Translations under genes and position numbers: made by a program | The notes under the pieces: generated by a model | Databases searched by the model: none | Told to the model about the DNA's origin: nothing | Seen by the model: only the letters and a program-made list of their open reading frames with translations | Source: Ylistrum balloti | Lineage: Eukaryota | DNA: 64,000 bases | Direction: 5' to 3' | NCBI RefSeq assembly: GCF_031769215.1 | Contig: NW_026782359.1 | Location: 310,001-374,000, forward strand | Part shown: in pieces, positions 39,441 to 51,835 of the stretch | How the letters are laid out: each line of letters starts with the position of its first letter | How positions within the stretch are numbered: position 1 is the stretch's first letter

Positions 39441-40080
39441 GCTTTGTTTGTATGTCCGTTTGCTGGAGGTTTTGCCCGTGAACAGCCAGGGTCATTTTGA
39501 GGCAAGGACTCCTTGTAGTTACTGTTGACTACGTACCTGCACCACATACATTTGTACGGGTAGCCCGTGACCTACCATCCAGCATCCTCTATACTCCTGG
39601 GGTTACGATCACTTTCGCTCTCTCTGCCACCCTAGACATGCCATGGCAAAATTGAAGGCACAAGTTAAGAAATTTGATTGGTTTCAAGAGAAAAAATTGA
39701 CCAATCATAGGCTGATATATTCCTTTTGAAGATAGTCAACTTCAAATCCATTTCAATATACCGTTATGTGACCTCAAGGTGCCTTTGATGTACAGCAAAG
39801 GATCAAAATAGTTTTTTCCACAAAGTGTCCCACATGGAACCTTCAAACATCACATGTTCCAGGGGTGCTGAGAGCGAAAGTGATCGTTAACCCTAGAGTA
39901 TCGAGGATGGCCATCCAGAGCCATTAGGGAAAGTGTCCTGTCCAAAGATATAACCACAGCAGCAAAGACAGGGTCGTTTCTCAGCTTCTTGAGAAACACC
40001 AAACAGCTACGGGTAGAGAGCGTCGTACCTTCACCTGATGTTATGTAGGCAAATGGTCAGTGATTGAAATATCGTGGCCC
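39441..40080 (-). mobile_element. tRNA-derived SINE with CORE-like segment, interrupted by a MITE
   Basis: The minus strand has a degenerate tRNA head (GGCCACGATATTTCAATC...GGTACGACGC, about 40080-40020). GTTATATCTTTGGACAGGACACTTTCCC resembles the CORE motif GTTGTGTCCTTGGGCAAGACACTT. The 3' end is AAAATGACCCTGGCTGTT plus an ACAAACAAA-type tail. The two halves join up if 39583-39918 is removed. Confidence 0.6.
39583..39909. mobile_element. 327-bp MITE (non-autonomous DNA transposon) with ~55-bp imperfect TIRs and an 8-9 bp TSD
   Basis: Left end CATCCTCTATACTCCTGGGTTACGATCACTTTCGCTCTC is the inverted match of right end GAGAGCGAAAGTGATCGTTAACCCTAGAGTATCGAGGATG. Flanked by ACCATCCAG (39574-39582) and GCCATCCAG (39910-39918). 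Confidence 0.85.
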
Positions 40081-40139
40081 CATTTACCCGTTTCACATTT
40101 GGAAATGAAAGTAAAGCATCTATCGTTTTATTACTGATA

Positions 40140-40730
40140 CTATAGTGAAGTTTCATTCTATATATCAGTGAAGGCTTTTAGTCTGTGCCAAAACACCTGA
40201 AGTGTTATGGGGGATATTCAAACGACAATCTGAAATACGCTTTAGCGAAAGTCATGCAAAGCTCTTTATAGGGATTCACTGAAAGCGTTTTAAACACTAA
40301 CGGACGTATGACATATATTTCAGTAAAAGCAATTTAACACAAAAATCGGTTGTAGGTTTTAGCGAAACCAATTGAAACACTGGCGGCTATTTGTAGGGAT
40401 GTAGTGAAGGCAATATTAACACCGGTGACAATCTGATGTGCTTTTAGCGAAGGCAATTCAAATAATCTGAAACGAAATACATTTGACATTCGTTTCAGCG
40501 AAGGCAATTTAGGCAGAGGAAAAAACACCTGACCTACCTGTTATTGAAGATATTGAAACATTGGCAACAATCCGAAATACATCGTAGCGAAATCCCTCCA
40601 AATACTGTCAAACATACGTGTTTGAGCAGAGGTAATTTTAACACTGGTAAACATCAAAATCAAGATTTTCTACGAAAGCGTAACTCATTGAAACACTACA
40701 ATACGTACCTGGCTGTAGTGAAGACATTAC
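40140..40730. repeat. Heavily decayed ~44-bp tandem array
   Basis: The motif (T/C)AG(C/T)GAAGGCAAT...TGAAACACTG...ACAATCTGA recurs with spacings of about 42-52 bp or multiples. Confidence 0.5.
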
Positions 40731-42839
40731 TAGCTTGCTTGCCTGGTTGTAGAAATCTCTAATAACGTCGTTCTTTCCCAACGGAGAAACATACTATAAA
40801 TTTGGATTATCTTTAAATTCAGTTTTACCTGCGAACTGAAAATTCAATTTGTGTGCAGTTTGTACTTAAATACTTTGAAGTGTTTTAATTATCATACTTT
40901 TCCAGCATGATGCAAGCCTTTCACACTGTATTTGCATTTTCTCGCAGCACAATAAGACGAACTGGAGACAGTGACACGGTCGTTTATAACACTTACAGTT
41001 TCAGTTTTCTGTTTAGTGCTGATGAGAATACTAAAGTGCTATTTCCGTGTTTCTCATTGCGGCAGTCACACAATGATATAGCTCTGCATCAACTACGGTT
41101 TGAAAGCAAGGAATGAGAAATGGAATATGCTTTGGTTTGATAACACTTTATAATTTATCTTATGTAATACATAATTGTTGATATAATGTAATGCATTATG
41201 TTAAATATGTAATTACCTAAGTGTAATAAACCCTCGATACAAATATAGACAAAATATAACCATCAGGTTATTTACAATTGATAACTTCCATGTCTATTAA
41301 ACAAAATGAATATTTAAAAAAAATGCCATAGTTACTTCGTTAGAACACGACGAGTATTACAACCATATCATATCGGAAGCAAAAGGTGATGTCTCTTCTC
41401 CGTGGTCAGCAACGCTAACAGAATACTTGTATAAACTGATGTTTTATTTGCTCATAGCAAATACAAATACCTTGTGAAATTATATCTTACATGTCCTCAC
41501 ACTTAAACCATGTTTACATAAACTTAAGGAATGCATGCAAACATCACTCATTCACATTTTAAAATTGTAATGGAGAATATCAATGGAAATAATAAAACAA
41601 ACAAATAACATAAATTTGAATCTGAATTTTAGTGAAGTTTACATTGTAGTTATGTGTTGTTTCACGCTATGTTAACTGTTGGAATACTGATATGTAAATA
41701 CAAATACGATAGACATACAGTGGTCTTATGAGATACAGATATTATAGAATACATATGCAATATTTTAAAACATAGCACAAAATACAAGCTCATTTGTTTA
41801 TAATATGAATAAGTCAATCATAAAATAATCTTGGGGAATTTTTTTTTGTTAAATAATGAAAAACAAATGACAAATATATTACATACTGAAATAAAGAATA
41901 AAACAAAATGAATTAAGAAATATAAATTTACAATAATTCAATTGGAAAAAATACAATACAAAGGAAAACACATGAAATATATAAGATTGAGATGTAAAAT
42001 TATTGAAGGATGCAACCGTTATAAATGCATACTCTTGCGCAAACCTTATCACCACGCATAAACATCGATATATAACGGTTCTGGTGGTTAAGATTAATCT
42101 AAAGCCTTTGCAATGTAAGAGAGACAGACACATAGACTTTCTTTATTGCCTTAATAATAGATATTGTATAGATACAAAATATACAATATATACTAGCTAT
42201 TGTTTTTCATTTTCTTTTATTTTTTTTTTTTTTTTTACATATCAACTGAATTGCCCATTTCACACAACGTACTGTGGTTAGAATTTACAATGTTGTGTAT
42301 CGAATTCGACCACCTTTCCTTATCGAGTGTTGAGAATAATTGTTCAACCGAAAATGAAGTTATAGCTATTTTGTCTACTTTACTGTCAAAATAAATATAT
42401 TCATGGAAGTCCTACAAGGTAATTTAGTATCTTGTTCCGACTCGTAAATGGACTTGGCACTGAATGCGAAATTCAAAAGTTATTGTTTCAGATGACCGAA
42501 TCTCAGCTGTCCTAACTTCAGTGTATACCCTGATGGTGTCGTACTGAAAGCCTAGAAAAGATAAGTGGTGTATCCATGATTAATTGAATCAAGATCTTTC
42601 TACTCTGTTGACATTTAGATCTCTCTGAGCAATAGCGATACAATTCAGTATCTACGCATGTACTTGAAGGTGTTCTAAAATGATAAGATATATGAAAAAT
42701 ACGATATTGATGTAATTATTGGTGCCAGCGCACATCCCCTTCTAGATTTTTAGTCGTCATTTGATCACTCTTAATTTCGTCATTCGCCTCATGTGCTTCC
42801 AAATGTTGGCCCTTAGCATTAATTACATATCCTAGAACG

Positions 42840-42987
42840 ACCTGTATGATGAAAATGTTTGGCGCTATGGTATCTAACCTGTACGATGAAAATGTTTGGC
42901 GCTATGGTATCTAACCTGTATGATGAAATGTTTGGCGCTATGATATCTAACCTGTATGATGAAATGTTTGGCGCTATGGTATCTAAC
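42840..42987. repeat. 36/37-bp tandem repeat x4, each with TTTGGCGC
   Basis: Unit AACCTGTATGATGAAA(A)TGTTTGGCGCTATGGTATCT. TTTGGCGC occurs at 42858, 42895, 42931 and 42967. Confidence 0.95.
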
Positions 42988-44523
42988 TCTTAATTTGTAT
43001 TAAAAGGTACCGTTCACTTGTGGGCCTTTTTTATCTGTAACGTAACTGCAAATAAACCGGTAAATATGATAAATTACAACCTAGTCCCATGGGCTTTGGA
43101 TACAAAAAGTACTTTTACTGGCTTTACTTATGAATTCTATTTTTCGAAGGACTTATTTGCAAACCAAAATATGACTATCTCATAACCTATGTCAACGTTC
43201 GTTATACGCTGTGTACCTAACGCATTCCCCGACCATTCTGTTATTAGCAAGAGATTATTTCAGGACGCATCATGTAAGAATCATCAACTTTTTGTTTTTC
43301 CGTGATGAAACTTTTCCTTTTTCATTTTTTTTTTCAATTTTGACGGAGAAAATAAAATGAAAAGTCACACTGCAGTTTGTCTTTCTGTCAATTAAATCGG
43401 ACTGGAAGCAATAAAAAGTTTTCATGATGTGCTTAAACATGATATCTACTTAAGGAAAGTAACAAGAAAAAGCACAGAGAACCATTAATGTGTCTGTGTC
43501 GTCTTCGAATTAGATAACGTACTAGAAAGGACATCAATTATGTAAATCACCATTGTCTTGCCGTCCTTTTACAATAGGACGTCACATATCATTATAGCTT
43601 TACATTTTCAGAAGACGTAAGATAAATTCCCAGCAAAACCCGCCAATATGATTACGTAACCGGAGATTTGTTATACTAAGTGAACGCGACATGTCTTCCT
43701 AACAATACGTCTCCATTACAATGTCTACGGCAGGATCACGTTAGATTCGGAGGAAAGTGACACGAATCCATGTATCGATGCGAGGTGATATGGTCCTCTG
43801 TCGACAATAAAGCACTATCTATCTCCTTAGACAGACACAATGCTGCAATATCTCGCCACTTTATGAATGACAATGTCATCGTGATAGGAAACATTACTAT
43901 CGTCAGCAAACCTTTACACCATGTTATTGCTGGCAAGCTGTACAGCTGTAAGACGCAAGCAATTGGTTTAGATGATTTACAATATCCTTGGATAATAACG
44001 AACTTCTGTCTGGTTTTACCGTGGCCTTTTTGGTCAGACGGATACATGCTTCCTCACTATTATCTTACCTACTTATTTGTACCATGGCTTTTCCTAAAGG
44101 TACTATCAAAAAGAACGTGAATTCACAACGAAAAATAATATTCTGAAGACAACGACACAAAATGGATAAAACGAAAACATCCTTCATTCGAATGTCAATT
44201 AAATCATTCAACTAAGAACCACCGGTGTTCACATGTTGCAGTTGATTTATATAATCAAATATTAAAGGTTTTGATCAAAATTCAATATTGGTTCTATGGA
44301 AGTGAACAGCTGTGGGATAAGCGTATGAAAGCTAAACAAAAGTTTGCATTCGCCATCAAAAATGGAATATAAGGTATTTCCCACTGCGATATGGATGGTA
44401 CAGGCTCAGTGCCTGTTAGTTTTACTGTCATCGATAACATTTTGAGAACTTGGCATAATCAGATTTGTCTTCATCTCCAATCTCTTCATTTCCGAGGGTC
44501 CCGGTATCCCCCCTCCGGGGGAA

Positions 44524-44533
44524 TGATGATGAA

Positions 44534-44577
<44 letters not shown>
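44524..44577. repeat. (GAT)n microsatellite
   Basis: 14 pure GAT units (44534-44575) preceded by GATGATGAA. Confidence 0.98.
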
Positions 44578-44578
<1 letters not shown>

Positions 44579-46711
44579 AAGTATATAGACGATCGCTTTA
44601 ACTTCAGAATAAAATCAAGAGATAATTTATCAATATCACCAGAGGACACTTGCTAAATTAAGAGGAAATACAGCGAAATAAAAATAATGTTTCTACATGT
44701 TCCGGTACTTCAAACTAAAAAAACACCTCGTACATAAAGGAAGAAATATTCTTCTGGTTATGTTTAAGTATACTAGGCCAACCTGACTTGTTCATGCTAG
44801 ATACATCATTGCAATATAACATTGCATTCACGTCAATAACAAGAAACACTGGATTTGTCATAGCCGCACCATCAGCGGCGGAATAGAGGAGAAGCGATGT
44901 ACCACTGACAGATTATACTTTGTAAGCGTTAAAGCAAACCACAACTTCAGTCAGAAGAAAACTTTACACGCACTTGTCAAGTGTGGAAAAGCTGGATTGG
45001 AACATACATACGTACACAAATAACATACGTCGCATTCAAAATAAATTTAGATGATGAAGGAAAACAAAACAGCCTGAATAGTCAATCATAACTGTATGTA
45101 CTGTGCTACCTACCTATTAACACTTCACCGAACAAGTGAGAAATGTGTTATTTAAAGTGTTTCAATCATATCTGAAAATACAATCTCAGGAGACAGGGAT
45201 GTTTCTACTAAGTGTATGTCCCGCTTCTCGGGAAACGGCATCATTCTGGATATACTAGCAACAAAAATGAAAGAGGCGTCTTTGTTAATCTTTTCGAACC
45301 CGCACTTAATCTGATGTAAATTGAATCGTTCCAGTGTAAATTAACTGTCTGTCACTCCTGGCAGCTTTAATTCGATTTCGTCTTAAGATTCCAACTAAAC
45401 ATTTAATCGACGTAAGGCTTAGTACCTTTGGATTTAATAAACTTGTATGGTCTTGTTTATTATTGCGCCTACTTAATCTAAACGACACAAAGGTTTGAAT
45501 AATTTAATCATAAAGCCCACACACATTTATAACAGATTCAAGCATCCATTATATTATGTTAAAGTACATGAACTTCACTTCCATACTAACTGCATTACAT
45601 ATACATAGGATCATAAAAAGTAGAACTACCAATCGTGCTTACGTGATGATCCGCCAGGAAAAAACCGACTTACCACTTTTAATTTTTTTTATTCTATTAT
45701 TTATCATATTGGTATATGAATGAAACGCCAAGTAAACGTACAATGTAATAGAAATTGTAGAATACAAAAAGACTTAACAGGCTAATATGATACACAGTTT
45801 AATATTTAGTGACATGACAGTATACATTGTTTTCCATTATTAGAGCTCTTGGTACCTTAGATACCGGTATATAGTTGTAGTCTTCCTGTGTTATGACAGA
45901 GCAGCTATGTAAATGAAAGTTATTCCCTGATGGTTCTGCGAGTTAACACAGATGTAATCTTTCACAGATACTTTCGTTTTTGTGTGATTGTTTCATTGAG
46001 GCATACGAAGATGAATTATCATATAAAACCATATGTTCTGTCAATTTGTTTACTGGATTGTTATTGAACACAAGAAGAGGAGACATACATTGTACCCTAC
46101 TTGGCCAGTGCCCAGTTACAAACACCAAACCTAGCAACAGTCCAGCAATATCCTTAACAACATGTCAGCGAAGGTGATACCCACAAATGGGACTGCTATT
46201 TGCTAATCGCTTTACATCGGAAGATGGGTATTTTTATATCAAATCGAACATCGTATTGGCAAAATGCACACCACAGATATACTTCAGACCGACCTACATT
46301 TTAGTGTGGAAGAATAGATTTTGGTTTCTGTTGGTAAGGGTTAAATCGAATTCCATTTATGCAACATTACTCTAAAATTTGAACCTCATTCGTCCGTTAA
46401 GGTAAAAAGCGTTGGCACTGACATTTCAGTTTTATCTCGTTATATCTGAAATGAAATGGAAATATAATTTGAAGCATTTTTTTTTTTTTTATTTATTCAT
46501 ATCGATTTATGTCTTAGTTTTGGTTTGAATATTCCGCTGTCTCCGTTAAACTGACTCTGTTATCAACCGTTCCATTGGATCCCGACATAACGCTGTAGTG
46601 AATAATGAGGACACACGTTTTCCTTTTAAACATCCACTAATATGCATCCAATCCTATGACAGCTTAGACTGAATGCTAATACAGTAGACAATATTTACCA
46701 AAATTAGATAC

Positions 46712-47330
46712 ATCGTATCACCGTATCGTATCAAAATATTCTTTATTGAATATGCGAGAAATTGTCACACTGTCGTGTTGGATCATTGATAATTTGACCT
46801 CCACAAACCTTGCTACTTCTTGCCACTTCTGCAATACTGTAAATCTTTGTTACGAATTTTACGTAATAAGTTCGGCTTTGACAAGCTTACAGACCCATAT
46901 CGCCAATGATCTATAAGTGTCGGCTACCACATCCGGAGGCATATTATCTGTACTGCCACCGACTGCATGTCGAAGAGATTAACGAGGAATGTATTGCCGC
47001 ACGATGGTATATCTCTCAGTGCATATTTACCGATTCCTGTGTTACTGTCCGATACAGGATAGTAAATCGCATTCTAGTTTAAAGCTCTTACAAAAGACCT
47101 TCAAATCATGCGAACCAATCCGTAAATGTGATTGATCAGAAAAAGAAATAATCCTTGAAATATGCGACCTAAATAGACAGAAGAAAAATAGTATCTTTCA
47201 GATTGTTCACACGATTTATTTTCTCGTCTATATCCAGGGGAGAGTCTAAGTGAGTCTTTGTACGCGCAGTTCTGGTAACCCGATTTACTAACTGTGTCAC
47301 CGCGGTATCCCAACGTACGATACCAAAGTG
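46712..47330 (-). mobile_element. 5'-truncated LINE fossil (CR1/L2-like ORF2 C-terminus, 3'UTR and tandem tail)
   Basis: Minus-strand fragments ERYYFSSVYLGR, SHLRIGSHDL (47130-47102), CTERYTIVRQYIP and LAIWVCK resemble the LINE ORF2 C-terminal region. They are followed by AATAAA (plus-strand TTTATT at 46742) and a (GATAC)n tail at 46712-46732. Confidence 0.6.
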
Positions 47331-47571
47331 ATTGAATTCGTGTTACAGTCTTTTAGGCGATAGTTGTAAGCACCTCCGAATGTGGCCTTAAATCTTATAT
47401 ATAATAATGCATCTTTCCTTAACATGAACTAGTTCTCTATTATAGGATGTCGTTCCATAACACTTGTAACAATTGGTAACATATTTATGGCCTTAAATTA
47501 GTATTAATTTCCCGATAAAAGAAGGTATATATACAACATAATTGTACACTACAATATACAGTAATTGATTT

Positions 47572-48735
47572 CACAACCTCAACATACAGAAACTAATATC
47601 ACATCGTCAACATACAGGAACAGATATCACATCATCAACATACAGGAACAAATGTCACACAATCAATATACAGGAACAAATAGCACATCGTCAACATACA
47701 GGAACAAATATCACATCGTCAACATACAGGAACAAATATCACACCATCTACATACAGGAACAGATATCACACCATCAACATACTGGAACATATATCACAC
47801 AATCAACGTACAGGAACAAATAGCACACCATCAACAAAAGGGAACAAATATCACACCATCAACATACAGGAACAAATGTCACACAATCAACATACAGGAA
47901 CAAATATCACACCATCTACATACAGGAACAAATATCACACAATCTACATACAGGAACAAATATCACACCATCTACATACAGGAACAAATATCACACCATC
48001 TACATACAGGAACAAATATCACACCATCTACATACAGGAACAAATATCACACCATCTACATACAGGAACAAATATCACACCATCTACATACAGGAACAAA
48101 TATCACACCATCAACATACAGGAACAAATGTCACACAATCAACATACAGGAACAAATATCACACCATCTACATACAGGAACAAATATCACACCATCTACA
48201 TACAGGAACAAATATCACACCATCTACATACAGGAACAAATGTCACACAATCAACATACAGGAACAAATAACACACCATCTACATACAGGAACAAATATC
48301 ACACCATCTACATACAGGAACAGATATCACTTCATCAACATATAGGAAAAATATCACATCGTCAACATACAGGAACAGATATCACATCATCAACATACCG
48401 GAACAGATATCAAACCATCAACTTACATGAACAAATATCACTCCATCAACAAAAGGGAACAAATATCACACCATCAACATACGGGAACAAATATCACACC
48501 ATCAACATACAGGAACAGATATCACACCATCTACATACAGGAACAAATATCATACCATCAACATACAGGAACAGATATCACACCATCTACATACAGGAAC
48601 AAATATCATACCATCAACATATAGGGAAAATATCACATCGTCAACATACAGGAACAGATATCACACCATCTACATACAGGAACAAATATCATACCATCAA
48701 CATACGGGAACAAATTTCGCATCGTAAACATCTAC
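47572..48735. repeat. 28-bp A/C-rich minisatellite (~41 units)
   Basis: Unit CATACAGGAACAAATATCACACCATC(A/T)A, most homogeneous from about 47880 to 48320. Confidence 0.97.
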
Positions 48736-49829
48736 GAAAAAAGTTTGAGGAATAAAGATAGCGAAAATAAACGCAGAGACATGCAATACAAACAATGAAG
48801 GACAAAGAGCTGGAAACAGCTGGAATCTACTGTATAACTGGAGTTATCAATAGAGCTCACTTTAGTTACTCACATATCTATTTTGTTACAATAATTGACA
48901 ATATCATTCCCTGAAGCATTTATCTGGAATCAAAACGAATAAAAAAACGGTAAAATCTTCTTTTACTTGTTTGTATAATCTTTCATTTCCTATGAGATTT
49001 AATGAAACAAGGCTTAGAAGTTTTTATTTTTGCGGGCCTTGCCAGATTTAATGGGGAAATGCCGAGGACAATATCAAACGGAGGCAGCAATTTTGTTGCG
49101 CATATGATACAAGTGCTTCATAAGCAAAACATATAACGCTGGCGAATTCGCTGGATAACAGGGCTAGTATGTGATCAACAAGAATCGATCGTAATTAAAT
49201 AAAGCAACAACATAACACAGCCGTTTAAAGGATTATATTAGTCAACATCGTGTCACTGAAGACAGATTACAATGAGGTTCAAGTAACAATTGTTTTGTGA
49301 TCTTTGCAATAAGAGGCATGTAAAATCTGTGTTTCCTCGATGATGTTGTACAACTCGCCTTACAGTTAACAGCTCAGCAATAGAATTCATATCTATGTTC
49401 TATATCAAAATATATACATATTGATAATAATTCCTACCTACTATATATTAATACAAACGTATTTTAACCTCTCCAGTATTGCCTTCTACCGGTTGATCTA
49501 TTATATTTCTTCACTTTCACTCTCCTCGTCCTGTTATACTAAATCAAACCTTTTTTATGGCGTGATGAAAAATTGAGATACAAACAAGACTCTCGTTACA
49601 TGAAATAGTCAGATCAGTGTTCTCCTCACTAAATCGTATCAGTATATCATGTTAGCTATAAGATTCTAAAATCAAATTCACATTACAAAAATTTGACCAA
49701 GGCAAAAAATAAATTAGAAAGGCAAAAAAAAGCTCCAGTAAAATACAATAATTAGCTCAATGTTCTCATGAAAAATCTAACTCATTGTATTTTCATGTCG
49801 ACTAAGACGAAATATTAAACCATGGCAAG

Positions 49830-50030
49830 AACACCACAGCTCTTTCAGGATCCATTGAGGTTAAGCACAAGTCCAATGCTTTCCTACCACAAAGGTTATT
49901 TTTGTAACAAATGTTATGAACTCACTAAGAGCTGTTCGACATTTGTACTATTGTACCTGTAATACCTCCTCACTGAGTAAGAGACAGTTGGAGAAAAGCC
50001 AGCACGAGAACGAAATAGGATATTGGATAT
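49830..50030 (+). mobile_element. Possible second LINE ORF2 C-terminal fossil
   Basis: Frameshifted fragments TTAL-(F)RI, KSNAFL, CNKC, HLYYC and KRQLEKS resemble the Cys/His-rich LINE ORF2 tail. Very degenerate. Confidence 0.3.
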
Positions 50031-51551
50031 GTGATTCTTAAGTGACATAATTAATCTAATAAAGTGAGGTATGCTGAGTGAGGTTTGATACATATTATAT
50101 GTAACGTAACGTTGTATTCAAAGACCTAATGTTTTACGTACATATCACAAATAATGCATGAAGAAAATAAACTATTACAGGAATCAACCAGCACTTAAGT
50201 GAATACACGTGCAACTCGAACTGGGCGATCTGTATAATTATACGAATTCGTGGAGTAAGACTAGTATTCTATGTCATAGACAAGTAAATGAAAGCCAGAT
50301 GTTTCCGGTAGAAGTATTTTATTTTAATGGACTGTGTCAATTGCAACAGTATTGTCTGGCTAAACTTCACTTATTTAAGTTATTGCAACATTGTTTTCAG
50401 TTTATTTAAAGACGTAACAGGGTCTTACCATTGCTAAGTTATAATGACCAGAACAAAAGCAAAAAAATAATTTCATCATATCCTCTGGCTTAGCGTCAAT
50501 TAATTTAGTTCTTGCAACAGTTTTTATCTGATGTAAAGAAGTAATATGACATAAACATTGGTTAACTTATTATTTTCTGATTTAGTTCTGTAAGAGCTTA
50601 ATTTATTAATAGGAACATCTTTCTTTCAGACTATTACAAACATAACCTAAAATAGCAACTGAATTTTATACTTGTACATCAAGCAGTTTATTCACCTCTT
50701 TGTTCTTTTTTTCTATGATCGAACATTTCAATCCGAATACCAGCCTCAGCTATTATGGAAGATTGTCTTTGAGCAATATTGATAGACTAGTAGTATAGCT
50801 CTTCTATAACAATATTGCTGAGAAACTGACTTACACACTTTCGAATTCGAAACATCTTAGATTAATGCTATCATACAAAATATTTTCAATTCCACATTAT
50901 GAGTTATCATTCAACGCATTAAAATGAACAGGTTTTTCTGCATGAAATATTAAAGATGTAAATCAGATTAAAGCATAAGAGTTTCCCTTGTGACTTGATA
51001 AGGTAACGTCATATTCAACAAAGATATATTCGATTGCCATTCTGCTCATTAGTATCGTGCTATAACTAGATCTCATTCCACCATTTTACCATTTTATGGG
51101 CCCACATGCTTAAATAAAATCAACAGAGTGCAAAAAGAATTATAACGGCTTTTATATTATCCTACCGTAACGCTTCAAGTCTGTTAGGTAGTACCAGTGG
51201 GACACATTCTAATCTTAACTAGTATTAATGGTTATGACTATCGATTGTTATTCCCGTGTATTTAGTAATTATTGGATAGCAATTTACATTTTCAGCTATG
51301 TAAATGGCTTCCGTCATGACTGACTGTCAGTTTACTTTATCAAACATGTTTTTTTTTATATATAATTCTGCAACATTATAATATGCTGAATGAATGATTC
51401 TTTATTGATATTAAAGTTTTATCAATGATCTATACTCCAAGTTTCAGATAATTTCTAAAATACAATTTTCTTGATTTATTCTGACGCAGTCATTGACAAT
51501 TCTCATTGATTGGATAACATTTAAATACTTTAAAACGTTTAGCATGCTTAC

Positions 51552-51835
51552 CTTTTTTACTTGTTCACATTCGTCCCGATGGATAAGCCGAACTGTAATT
51601 CATTCCTAGAATTGACACATCAGTGTATCAAAGAAATCTTGTATAAATTGATTCAAGAGAGTTTTGTTGGTTTTATCTGAATTGTATTGTCTTATGCTTT
51701 GAAATGTTAGATCACATTCAGAGTTGCTTCAGCAGTACTGTGTAATGTAATCTTGGGCGCCCTTGTCGAACCGAACACTGGTAAAGATGTGTGTTATCGC
51801 CCTTTATATACCTCTTCAACAATCAATAAACCAAT
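51552..51835 (-). promoter_or_regulatory. Candidate Pol II core promoter and 228-nt non-coding first exon
   Basis: The minus strand reads GAGG-TATATAAA-GGGCG (TATA at 51810-51803). An Inr-like CCAGTGT has its A at 51779, exactly 31 nt downstream. CCAAT lies at 51831-51835 and a donor AAG|GTAAGC at 51552/51551. Confidence 0.4.

Noticed and set aside
42845-42970. ATGATGA box C snoRNA motifs in the 37-mer
   Set aside because: No paired box D or terminal stem, and the motif is simply repeated with the unit.
36028-42987. CRISPR-like appearance of the 52-bp and 36/37-bp repeats (also the 51-bp array at 57.3 kb)
   Set aside because: Units are directly adjacent with no unique spacers, there are no cas genes, and the context is eukaryotic.
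43736-44120. Overlapping 103-aa and 116-aa ORFs on opposite strands
   Set aside because: No recognisable domain or exon structure, and lengths are within chance for 64 kb.
44391-44656. Poly-Asp, poly-Met and poly-Ser ORFs (acidic shell-protein-like)
   Set aside because: A (GAT)n microsatellite read in different frames. The ORFs are short and have no signal peptide.
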